Assembly: GCA_049511795.1 (NCBI GenBank)
Contig: JBEKXS010000001.1
Coordinates: 210,001-242,000, forward strand
Length of the DNA stretch: 32,000 nucleotides
Source of the DNA: Candidatus Saccharimonadota bacterium
GTDB taxonomy: Archaea > Nanobdellota > Nanobdellia > Pacearchaeales > GW2011-AR1
Direction: 5' to 3'
Shown piece after piece: positions 24,113-31,585 of this stretch; the first letter of the stretch is position 1, and the number at the start of each line of letters is the position of its first letter. The translations under genes were made by a program, and so were the position numbers. The notes below the pieces were generated by a model. The model saw only the letters and a program-made list of their open reading frames with translations. It ran no database searches and was not told the DNA's origin.

Positions 24113-24718
24113 ATGAGAAGAATAGTTTCAAGAGAAGACGAAGCAAAGAAGAAAAAAAGAAACCAGGTAATACTTGCTATTGTGCTTGGAGCTGTTATGG
24201 TACTTGGTGTTTTTGGGATTGCATTTCAAAATAGTATATTTGGAGGCAATAACAATGTTGGTGGGAATTATGTTAATCAAACAACTTACAATGGTTATAC
24301 TTTTACAAACCAAAATGGTCTTTGGTATATAGGAAATTTTTCTTTCACTTATCTTCCAAGTGAAGTTAATTATTCAACAATTGGAGTAAAATCTGCAGCA
24401 AGCTCTTATCAGCAAAATCCTTTGTACATTTATTCAGAAGATTCTGGAGCACAGGCAGAGATAACAACAAATCTTGGAACACTTGCCGAGAGAGTTCAGC
24501 AAGCATGTCCTTCTCCAACAACAGGAGTAATAGCAAATAATTGCGATGCTAGTCTTCCTGTAAAAACATGCAGCGATAACTTTATAATAATCCAGCAAAG
24601 TAATAATAATGAAAGCATAACACAGTCAAATGGCTGTGTTATTATCCAAGGTCAGCAGCAGGATTTGACAAAGCTTGCTGATGCATTTTTATACAAAACA
24701 TTGGGAGTAAAAAATTAA
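24113..24718 (+). CDS. N-terminally membrane-anchored extracellular protein (paralogue 1)
   Basis: ...KKKKRNQVILAIVLGAVMVLGVFGIAF is followed by a Cys-containing N/S/T/Q-rich ectodomain. Confidence 0.65.
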   Translation: MRRIVSREDEAKKKKRNQVILAIVLGAVMVLGVFGIAFQNSIFGGNNNVGGNYVNQTTYNGYTFTNQNGLWYIGNFSFTYLPSEVNYSTIGVKSAASSYQQNPLYIYSEDSGAQAEITTNLGTLAERVQQACPSPTTGVIANNCDASLPVKTCSDNFIIIQQSNNNESITQSNGCVIIQGQQQDLTKLADAFLYKTLGVKN

Positions 24719-24719
24719 T

Positions 24720-25370
24720 ATGGCAAGTCATGAAGATAGGATTAAAAAAGAAAATAAAACTCTGAGAAATATTATTATTGGAATTGCTATCTTATGCATT
24801 TTAATAATTTTATTTGTTTTTATGTCAAATCGGACTCAATCATCTTCTTTCACTTACAAAGGAGTTAAATTTGAAACTGTAAAGTTCTGTGATTCAGGGC
24901 CACCGTGCCTGATTTTGTACAATACTTCTCTTCCTGTAAGGTCAAATGGAACAGATTATCTTGTTTCCAGTGTTGCTCAAAGCACAAACAATTACATTTT
25001 TTATCTTAGAAATGACCCAAGAACACTTAATGTGGGCTTCAACGGAACTCCTGTATACAACAGCAATGTTGTTCTCAAATATGATGCGCCTTTTGTCTGC
25101 AATGATAGTGCTTTGGCAGGAGCAAATTTTAACTTATTATACCAAACACTTGGTGCAAATGTGATAAACGACCAAAATGCAACATGCGACCCTTATAACA
25201 GATACACTTACATTGATTTTTTGCCTGGAAATGAGACAAAAATAGAACAAGTTGGGCCTGCCTGCTATAATATTTACATTAAAGGTTGTGAAGTTTTGAA
25301 AGGGACAGAGAAATACATGATTGAGACTTTTGTACAGGTAAATGATGAATTATACAATCAAAGCTATTAG
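24720..25370 (+). CDS. N-terminally membrane-anchored extracellular protein (paralogue 2)
   Basis: ...NKTLRNIIIGIAILCILIILFVFMS. It shares TY(N/K)G..F just after the TM helix and LY(K/Q)TLG(V/A) later with the upstream ORF. Only 1 nt separates it from the upstream stop. Confidence 0.65.
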   Translation: MASHEDRIKKENKTLRNIIIGIAILCILIILFVFMSNRTQSSSFTYKGVKFETVKFCDSGPPCLILYNTSLPVRSNGTDYLVSSVAQSTNNYIFYLRNDPRTLNVGFNGTPVYNSNVVLKYDAPFVCNDSALAGANFNLLYQTLGANVINDQNATCDPYNRYTYIDFLPGNETKIEQVGPACYNIYIKGCEVLKGTEKYMIETFVQVNDELYNQSY

Positions 25371-25373
25371 TGA

Positions 25374-26000
25374 TTATTTTTTGTAACTCTTCTTTCTGCT
25401 TTTATTTATGTAATAAGCCAAGAAAATTATAAATGCAAGAATAAGTATAACTGCTGTCACAATCTTAAGGAAAGAAGGAACAGCACTTCCAAAGAAATAT
25501 CCAACAATTATCAAAAATGCAGTATAAACTCCTGCGCCAATTGCAGTGTATGAAATGAATTTGAATATGTTCATCTTTGAAAATCCAGCAGGAAGGGAAA
25601 TAAGATGCCTGATGACTGGAAGAAGTCTGCTTGTAAATATTGTTATACCTCCGTAATTTTTGAAATAATTTTCTGTCATTTCAAGATGGCTTTTGTTTAT
25701 GAAAATGAAAGAGCCATATTTATCGACGAGAAAATCAAAAGTTTTTCTCCCTAGAAAAAAAGCTATTGCATAGCAAAGTAAAGAACCAACAATGCTTCCT
25801 AAAACTCCTGCAGTAAACACAAGAAAAAAATTCATCTGACCCTGGGCAACCAGAGCTCCTGCAGGAATAAGTATAAGCTCGCTTGGAAGAGGGATTATAG
25901 AGCTTTCAATCGCCATTCCAATAAAAATTCCAAGATAACCTAAGCTGTTTACAAAAATGAGAATAGCATTTACAAGCTGAGAAATAAAATTAAGGACCAT
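25374..26000 (-). CDS. dedA: DedA family membrane protein
   Basis: ESSIIPLPSELILIPAGAL is the DedA/SNARE-associated signature, with about 5 TM helices. Confidence 0.8.
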   Translation of the reverse strand: MVLNFISQLVNAILIFVNSLGYLGIFIGMAIESSIIPLPSELILIPAGALVAQGQMNFFLVFTAGVLGSIVGSLLCYAIAFFLGRKTFDFLVDKYGSFIFINKSHLEMTENYFKNYGGITIFTSRLLPVIRHLISLPAGFSKMNIFKFISYTAIGAGVYTAFLIIVGYFFGSAVPSFLKIVTAVILILAFIIFLAYYINKSRKKSYKK

Positions 26001-26549
26001 TTATCTGTTCCTTCTTTTTCTTGTTTTTGTTTTTTTGTAAAGAAAAATAATATCTGAGTAAAATGGTATTTCTTTTATATTAAATGCCTTGACTTCTGCA
26101 AACCAGACTGCAACAACAAAAATAGTGCTTATTGCATACCAGAAAATGACATGTGTTATCGGAAAAAGTGTTGATTCAGAAAATGCCATTACAGAAAGAA
26201 TAATTATTCTCAAAATGTTTAAAACAAGGAAACTTCCAAATGCCCATAGCAACATTTTTATTCTTTTTCCAAAACTAATTTCCCTTGTTGAAACATTCAA
26301 AATAAAAAGAAGATAATAAGCAGAACCTGCTATGCATGCAGGTATTAACTCTATTGGAAATGTATTGTTCAAAATAATTATATGCCCGCTTGCAAGAATA
26401 GTATCATAAAAAATTCCAAGAATCCAGTAAACAGGATAAACTGTCAAAGGTGTAAAAATAGTGTAAAACAACCAAAGAGTGGGAATTGCAACAGCAATAA
26501 GAATCAAATAACGCAAAACTAAATCAAAAATGCCGTTTTTTTCAGCCAT
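26001..26549 (-). CDS. Minimal exosortase/archaeosortase-family protein (pacearchaeosortase-like)
   Basis: Polytopic, 182 aa from the ATG at 26549 (the track start at 26558 is a TTG). It has ordered Cys (IPACIAGSAYY), Arg (LVLNILRIIIL) and His (PITHVIFWY) in membrane-proximal positions, like the Cys/Arg/His signature of the family. Confidence 0.55.
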   Translation of the reverse strand: MAEKNGIFDLVLRYLILIAVAIPTLWLFYTIFTPLTVYPVYWILGIFYDTILASGHIIILNNTFPIELIPACIAGSAYYLLFILNVSTREISFGKRIKMLLWAFGSFLVLNILRIIILSVMAFSESTLFPITHVIFWYAISTIFVVAVWFAEVKAFNIKEIPFYSDIIFLYKKTKTRKRRNR

Positions 26550-26597
26550 GATTGACAAAGTGGAAACCTATTTAAATAATTTAACATTATCAATTAA

Positions 26598-27191
26598 ATG
26601 AATGAGACAAAGAAAAGAGATGCTGTTTTCATATGGATTCTGATTGCAGCGGCAATATTCTTGAGTTTTTATTTTGACGGAAAAATTGTGCAGTTTATTT
26701 CAACTTTAAGAACGCCTGATTTAAGCACTTTTTTCATTGCAATAACATCAACTCTTGCAATTGTAATTGTTTTTGTTTTGATTAATGCGTTCTTTCTGCA
26801 AAAGGAAAAAAGAAAATGGCTGATACCTTTATGGCTTTCTGCAGCAGTTGCTTATGTTATAGCATTTATCCTGAAAATAATAATACAAAGACAAAGACCA
26901 TTTGAACTTGGAATTGTAAGCATAGCAAATGGAGTAAAAGAAACATTTGCTTCTTGGGACTTTTCCTTCCCTTCTTCTCATGCCATTCTTGTTTTTGCTG
27001 TTTTGCCATTTATAACAAAAGAATATCCTAAGCTCAAGTATGTCTGGATTGTCTTTGCATGCCTAGTAGCTTTCTCAAGAGTTTATCTTGGTGTTCATTT
27101 CTTAAGTGATGTTATTTCAGGCGCTGTAATAGGTTATCTTGTAGGATTTTTCACGCTGAAATGGTGGGAAGAAAAATTCAAGATTGTTTAA
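26598..27191 (+). CDS. PAP2-family lipid phosphatase
   Basis: KIIIQRQRP ... FPSSH ... SRVYLGVHFLSDV are the three PAP2 motifs. Confidence 0.85.
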   Translation: MNETKKRDAVFIWILIAAAIFLSFYFDGKIVQFISTLRTPDLSTFFIAITSTLAIVIVFVLINAFFLQKEKRKWLIPLWLSAAVAYVIAFILKIIIQRQRPFELGIVSIANGVKETFASWDFSFPSSHAILVFAVLPFITKEYPKLKYVWIVFACLVAFSRVYLGVHFLSDVISGAVIGYLVGFFTLKWWEEKFKIV

Positions 27192-27228
27192 TAATAGGTA
27201 GTAATTAAAAGAAAACTAAAAAAGAAAT

Positions 27229-28947
27229 TTACTTTCTTCTTCCTGACCTGACAGCAACAATTATTATTACTATTACAAGGATTAATATTAATATACCAAG
27301 TGCCCAAACCAATGCATTGCCTGAGTTTATTCCAAGGAATCCGCTTGAGCCTTGAATGTTTACAGATACTGGTTGGCTAATTTTTTGTGTTCCTGCTGTC
27401 AAGTCAAGTGAATAGCTCTCTGTTCCAGATGCATCGCTGTTGACATTTAATGTTGTTATAACATCAAGAGATTGTCCTGGAGCAAGTGTTATTGTTCCCT
27501 GGTTCACAGAGGCTGAAGATGCCCATGTTTCATAGCCTGAAGCCTGAACAGTATATGTTCTTTGTGCTGTTCCTGCATTAGTTATTGTTGTTTTAACCTG
27601 CATAGGTTTTCCTGCTTGTCCGCCTGAAACAATGCTTGCGGCAACAGAAATTTGTGACTGCAATGAACATCCACCCTGAACTGTAAAAGGTATCAAGTAT
27701 TCTGAAGAATGGTCTGTATTATCTGAGAATATATTTCCATTCTCATCAAGAACATCAATCTTCATTGAGTATGGACCTTCATTAATTGCTCCTGGCACTG
27801 TGAATGAAAATGAGAATTTCTTGCTAGTAAGATCACCACTTATATCTCCAACAGCAACATTCTGACTCAATTGCAAAGAGTTGTCTGAACCGACTATATC
27901 CATTGATACAGAGCTCTGATCACTATGTCCTGTATTCCAAAGTGTTCCAGTAACTTGAACATTCTGACCGCATTGTACAGTACTTGGTATATTAAGGCTT
28001 GTCAAGGCAACAAAGTCACTTGTATCTATTGATGCTTTTTTTGTTCTAAAAGCACAAACATTATTTGAATTAGAATCTTGTCCATATGCTATCGTAACAA
28101 AATAATAGTGTTCCCCTGTTGATAATGAAGAGAAATCTGCATCTATATTATTGTCAATTGAAAATGTTTGGTATAATTGCTTTGTCTTTCCGCCAGATAT
28201 ATCAACACTTTTAAGATTTGATGGAGTAATCACCCATTGCTGATTATTTGCATCCCAAATACCCCAGTCAACCTGAACTCCACTAAGATCATTGCTTGAA
28301 TTCTTGCTTTTCATATCAACTTCAGTATTAATATTTTCAAAAGGCACCCAATGGCTATCATCACCAACAGTTGTATTTGAATTTGGAAGAGGAAGTCCAT
28401 TATTTACGAAATCAATTGCATTTACTGACATCTGGCTTTGACTGAATGAATTACAGTTAATTCCATTTTGTAAATCACCGCTTGTATCTTTTGCAAGATT
28501 GATTGTTAAAGTTATTGTAAGTGGAACTGAAATCTGATTACCTTGGTATTGACCAGTTATGTTGAATGTGCCTGTGTATGTACCTGTCTGTTGATCAGTT
28601 GGTATTGGGAAGCTTAATGAAATAGGAATACTTGTCTTTCCTGAAAGCAATGTAGATATTGAGTTACCATTTAAAGAGGGTGTTGAAGAGAAAGTGTTTC
28701 CAGATGTTGAAGTAAAGGTTGCCTGATTGTTAAAATTAATTGATGTAAAATCGCCTGAGCCGCTTTCATTAAGTTGAAAAGATACTGTAAGTGAACTTGC
28801 TGACCCAGTTATAGCTGCATTAGTATTATCAATTGGTTGTGTTGGGATTGTTATATTAACAAAATTTACAGAAGCACTGGTCAAACCCATAACTAATACT
28901 AATGATAAAACGCTCAATGCAAACAAACTAAATGTTTTTGAGTTCAT
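27229..28947 (-). CDS. Secreted Ig-like/CARDB-like repeat surface protein with a C-terminal sorting-type tail
   Basis: Signal peptide MNSKTFSLFALSVLSLVLVMGLTSA|SV. Its extreme C-terminus is ...NIQGSSGFLGINSGNALVWALGILILILVIVIIIVAVRSGRRK. Confidence 0.75.
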   Translation of the reverse strand: MNSKTFSLFALSVLSLVLVMGLTSASVNFVNITIPTQPIDNTNAAITGSASSLTVSFQLNESGSGDFTSINFNNQATFTSTSGNTFSSTPSLNGNSISTLLSGKTSIPISLSFPIPTDQQTGTYTGTFNITGQYQGNQISVPLTITLTINLAKDTSGDLQNGINCNSFSQSQMSVNAIDFVNNGLPLPNSNTTVGDDSHWVPFENINTEVDMKSKNSSNDLSGVQVDWGIWDANNQQWVITPSNLKSVDISGGKTKQLYQTFSIDNNIDADFSSLSTGEHYYFVTIAYGQDSNSNNVCAFRTKKASIDTSDFVALTSLNIPSTVQCGQNVQVTGTLWNTGHSDQSSVSMDIVGSDNSLQLSQNVAVGDISGDLTSKKFSFSFTVPGAINEGPYSMKIDVLDENGNIFSDNTDHSSEYLIPFTVQGGCSLQSQISVAASIVSGGQAGKPMQVKTTITNAGTAQRTYTVQASGYETWASSASVNQGTITLAPGQSLDVITTLNVNSDASGTESYSLDLTAGTQKISQPVSVNIQGSSGFLGINSGNALVWALGILILILVIVIIIVAVRSGRRK

Positions 28948-29080
28948 TTTTCTGTAATCATTCTGCAGTTACTATGGTTTATAAAGATTTATGTTTTAGA
29001 AAATATAATTTTTTTCGTGTATTTTTGGAAAAACTGAAAGAATTTATATAGTTTAATATTTTATTTTATTAACGGTAAAA

Positions 29081-29464
29081 ATGGCAATAAGATCGCAAGA
29101 GAATTCTATTGGTGCTTGGGCTTTTCTTATAGGCATTATTTTAACAATACTTGTCGGAATCTTTTCAAGAGAGTCAACAAACTCCATTATTTTGGTCGGA
29201 ATAATGATTTTCGGGATTATTGTGGGAGCATTTGTTACTGAAAAAAATTCAAGCACTTTTTTGCTGGCCTGTGTTGCAACTGTTCTTGCAAGCTTTGCAG
29301 GAATTCAGGGATTTGCAGCCAATATTTCCTTAAGAGGTGCTGTATTAAGTGGGATTGGAGTTGGAGCAATACTTGTTTCAATACTTAATGCATTGCTATT
29401 CTTTCTTGTTCCTGCAACAATAATTGCATCATTAAAGCTTCTTTTCTCAATATCAAAGGTTTAG
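29081..29464 (+). CDS. Small 4-TM membrane protein, unknown function
   Basis: 127 aa with four hydrophobic helices. A TATA-like atttatata lies about 35 nt upstream. Confidence 0.55.
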   Translation: MAIRSQENSIGAWAFLIGIILTILVGIFSRESTNSIILVGIMIFGIIVGAFVTEKNSSTFLLACVATVLASFAGIQGFAANISLRGAVLSGIGVGAILVSILNALLFFLVPATIIASLKLLFSISKV

Positions 29465-29557
29465 AATTGTATATATTAATAGGACGAAAATGATTGAACT
29501 AAAATTGCAAACTTGCAGTTATTACTTGTCCTAATAAAAGTATTTCTATTTAGAAAT

Positions 29558-29965
29558 TTAATCCCAGCGGCTGCCTATGTTTTCCCTGTCTTCTTTTGGC
29601 TTAGGCATTGCTTCCTTGTGTATCTTTGCGAAAGAAGGAGTTACTATAATAACATTCTCTCCAAAGCCAGCGATATTGCCTTCCATTGCATCTGTTGTCT
29701 TTTTTATCTTTGCAACAGCTCTCTTAAGCTCTATAGGATCTCTTTGTCTTAGGGTTTTTATGTCTATGACCGCAATCGTGTACCCTTCTCTAAGAGAATT
29801 AAGTATAGGATTAACCTCTTCATAGTCTTTAAGTAAAAAAAGCTTTACAAAAACCTTCTGGTCCATTTCCTCTTTACCGCCCAAGTCTATCTCAACATAG
29901 TCCTCGCCTGAGGATTCATTACCAAGAGATTTTGAAAACGCTCTTTTTATCTTGTCGAAAACCAT
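29558..29965 (-). CDS. sepF: Cell division protein SepF (archaeal FtsZ membrane anchor)
   Basis: An N-terminal amphipathic MVFDKIKRAFSK is followed by the DUF552 core VKLFLLKDYEEVNPILNSLREGYTIAVIDIKTL...AKIKKTTDAMEGNIAGFGENVIIVTP. Confidence 0.8.
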   Translation of the reverse strand: MVFDKIKRAFSKSLGNESSGEDYVEIDLGGKEEMDQKVFVKLFLLKDYEEVNPILNSLREGYTIAVIDIKTLRQRDPIELKRAVAKIKKTTDAMEGNIAGFGENVIIVTPSFAKIHKEAMPKPKEDRENIGSRWD

Positions 29966-29984
29966 ATTAAAATTAAATTGTAGA

Positions 29985-29994
29985 TATTTATAAA
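29985..29994 (-). promoter_or_regulatory. TATA box (tttataaata on the minus strand) for sepF; leaderless spacing
   Basis: The reverse complement of tatttataaa at 29985-29994 is centred 25 nt upstream of the sepF ATG (29965). Confidence 0.5.
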
Positions 29995-30030
29995 GATTTC
30001 GTAATTATTTTGCATACATTTTTATCGTCG

Positions 30031-30348
30031 TCACTTTGTAATCTGCCGTTGGAGTTCGTTGATTTTCTCGGAAAAAGCTGCTTCCTGGCGCTCAAAACTC
30101 TTGATTTTGATATCAATTATCTTCTCTTTTCTTGAAAGTTCTTCTTTCATCTCTTTTTTATCTGTCTTTATCATCATCTGGCCGATTATTTTATAGACTT
30201 CATCGCCTGATTTTTCAAGTTCTTTCAGTGCAGCCTGTGTTTCCCTGAGCTCTATCTGAAAAGCCTGCTTCTGAAGAAAGAGATTTTGCATGTTTTGCTC
30301 TGCAATCTGGAGCTCTTCAATATTTCTTTCCCTGTCCTTGTCAGTCAT
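30031..30348 (-). CDS. pfdB: Prefoldin beta subunit
   Basis: 105-aa coiled-coil/beta-hairpin/coiled-coil pattern (QNLFLQKQAFQIELRETQAALKELEK...VYKIIGQMMIK...). It sits in the conserved L37Ae-RpoP-prefoldin context. Confidence 0.8.
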   Translation of the reverse strand: MTDKDRERNIEELQIAEQNMQNLFLQKQAFQIELRETQAALKELEKSGDEVYKIIGQMMIKTDKKEMKEELSRKEKIIDIKIKSFERQEAAFSEKINELQRQITK

Positions 30349-30349
30349 T

Positions 30350-30487
30350 TTAAACAGCCTTCACTCTTTTAACTCGAGTTCTTGGCTTGTAAAAAATCTT
30401 GCTTCCGCAATTAGGGCAAACAAACCTTTTTTCAAGATTTGTGTTCTGAATTTTTTTCCCGCACTTGAAACACTTGTAGATTGGCAT
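30350..30487 (-). CDS. rpoP: DNA-directed RNA polymerase subunit P (Rpo12)
   Basis: Below the ORF-track size cutoff. My translation is MPIYKCFKCGKKIQNTNLEKRFVCPNCGSKIFYKPRTRVKRVKAV (45 aa), a CxxC...CxxC zinc ribbon like MJ RpoP. Confidence 0.8.
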   Translation of the reverse strand: MPIYKCFKCGKKIQNTNLEKRFVCPNCGSKIFYKPRTRVKRVKAV

Positions 30488-30499
30488 TTTATTTTTTAT

Positions 30500-30718
30500 T
30501 TATTCAAGATAGTAAGTATCTGATGCAAATTTTTTTCCGCATTTCTTGCATTTCCAAATTCCTTTTGAAAGCCTTTTGACACCCGGCTTTCCGCAATATG
30601 GGCATTTTTGCTTTTTTCTCTGTTTATTTTCTATCGCAACAGTTGAAGCTCTAACTCTTTTTCCATATTTTGCTCCGAATCTTCCTGCTGATCTAGTTTT
30701 TTTTAATTTTGATGGCAT
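30500..30718 (-). CDS. rpl37ae: 50S ribosomal protein L37Ae (eL43)
   Basis: MPSKLKKTRSAGRFGAKYGKRVR...CPYCGKPGVKRLSKGIWKCKKCGKKFA. The track ORF start at 30769 runs into the tRNA, so the internal ATG at 30718 was chosen. Confidence 0.9.
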   Translation of the reverse strand: MPSKLKKTRSAGRFGAKYGKRVRASTVAIENKQRKKQKCPYCGKPGVKRLSKGIWKCKKCGKKFASDTYYLE

Positions 30719-30729
30719 TTTTATTGAAA

Positions 30730-30802
30730 TGGGGATGCCCGGATTTGAACCGGGGTCGCAAGGTCCCAAACCTTGAAGGCTACCAGGCTACCCCACATCC
30801 CC
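30730..30802 (-). tRNA. tRNA-Pro (anticodon UGG), no encoded CCA
   Basis: Minus-strand sequence: GGGGATG TG GGGT AGCCTGGTA GCCT T CAAGG TTTGGGA CCTTG CGAC CCCGG TTCAAAT CCGGG CATCCCC A. It folds into a 7-bp acceptor stem, 5-bp anticodon stem and 5-bp T stem with a TTCAAAT loop. The anticodon loop is UU-UGG-GA. Confidence 0.9.
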
Positions 30803-30841
30803 TTGATAAAAAGGGTAGAGGGATATTTATAAACTATTTCC

Positions 30842-31585
30842 TTACTTCTTTTTCTTTGCCTCTTCAGCCTTTTTTTCAGGTTTCTTTTCTTCCACCTTTG
30901 CAGCTTCAGCTGGCTTTGCTTCTCCTTCTTTTCCTGGAGCGATGGCTGCAGCTGCACCTTCAGTAGTTGTTGTTCCTGCAGCAGCGGCTGCAGCTGCTTC
31001 TGCAGCAGCCTTAGCAGCTTCTTCCTGTAACCTAATCTTTTCTTGTTCTGCCTGAACTTTAGCGAAATATTCTTGAATATTTTTCTTTTTCTCTTCTGAC
31101 ATCTTTGTCCTTTCTTCTGAAATTTCCTTGTCATACTTTCCAGCTTCAATATCCCTTATTACTTCAACTGGATTCTTGTTTTCAACGAGAACTCCAAGAG
31201 TTATGCATGTTCCCAAAACACTTTTTATTGCGTTTTTTAAATTTCTGCTCAACATATTTGGCAGTTTTGTTTTTGAGACAGAGATTATCTGTTCTATAGA
31301 AGCATTTGCAACTTTTGTCTTTTTTTGTAAGCCAGAACCTTTCTCAATTCCAAGCTCTTTTTTTAGCAATTCTGAAACAGGTGGTGAAAAAACTTTTATT
31401 TCGATATTTTTCGTTGAAACATCAATTTCAATTTCAACAGGAACTTTCATTCCTTTGAAATTCTCTGTTGCCTGATTTACTTTCTGAATAACCTGTTGAA
31501 TATTTATTCCGGCTGGCCCAAGCTTCTGGCTAAGTGCAGGACCTGGTTGCATGCTTCCGCCATCGACCAACATTTTAACTTGCAT
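30842..31585 (-). CDS. rpl11: 50S ribosomal protein L11 (uL11) with a roughly 90-aa Ala/Glu/Lys-rich C-terminal extension
   Basis: VDGGSMQPGPALSQKLGPAGINIQ... is the canonical uL11 sequence, running to about ...IRDIEAGKYD (aa ~152). A further 95 residues follow, ending ...AAKAAAEAAAAAAAGTTTTEGAAAAIAPGKEGEAKPAEAAKVEEKKPEKKAEEAKKKK. Confidence 0.9.
   Translation of the reverse strand: MQVKMLVDGGSMQPGPALSQKLGPAGINIQQVIQKVNQATENFKGMKVPVEIEIDVSTKNIEIKVFSPPVSELLKKELGIEKGSGLQKKTKVANASIEQIISVSKTKLPNMLSRNLKNAIKSVLGTCITLGVLVENKNPVEVIRDIEAGKYDKEISEERTKMSEEKKKNIQEYFAKVQAEQEKIRLQEEAAKAAAEAAAAAAAGTTTTEGAAAAIAPGKEGEAKPAEAAKVEEKKPEKKAEEAKKKK

Noticed and set aside
30719-30769. 17-codon N-terminal extension of the L37Ae ORF (MGPCDPGSNPGIPISIK)
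   Set aside because: It overlaps the tRNA-Pro gene on the same strand. The conserved L37Ae N-terminus begins at the internal ATG (30718).
30730-30802. tRNA-Pro as a possible integration site flanking the surface-protein region
   Set aside because: No integrase or recombinase gene is in the window, and I did not spot a direct repeat of the tRNA 3-prime end. The neighbouring genes are a conserved archaeal ribosomal/RpoP/prefoldin cluster.
30940-31030. GC-rich gcagc(a/t)gc repetitive tract that looked like a possible non-coding tandem repeat
   Set aside because: It is in frame within the L11 ORF and encodes the poly-Ala hinge. It is neither a CRISPR nor a satellite repeat.
30709-31475. ORFs 30709-30966 (+), 30721-31149 (-) and 31105-31475 (+)
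   Set aside because: They are alternative-frame or antisense shadows of the L11 gene and the tRNA. Their Leu/Gln/Lys repeats derive from the GCn/GAA-rich extension sequence.
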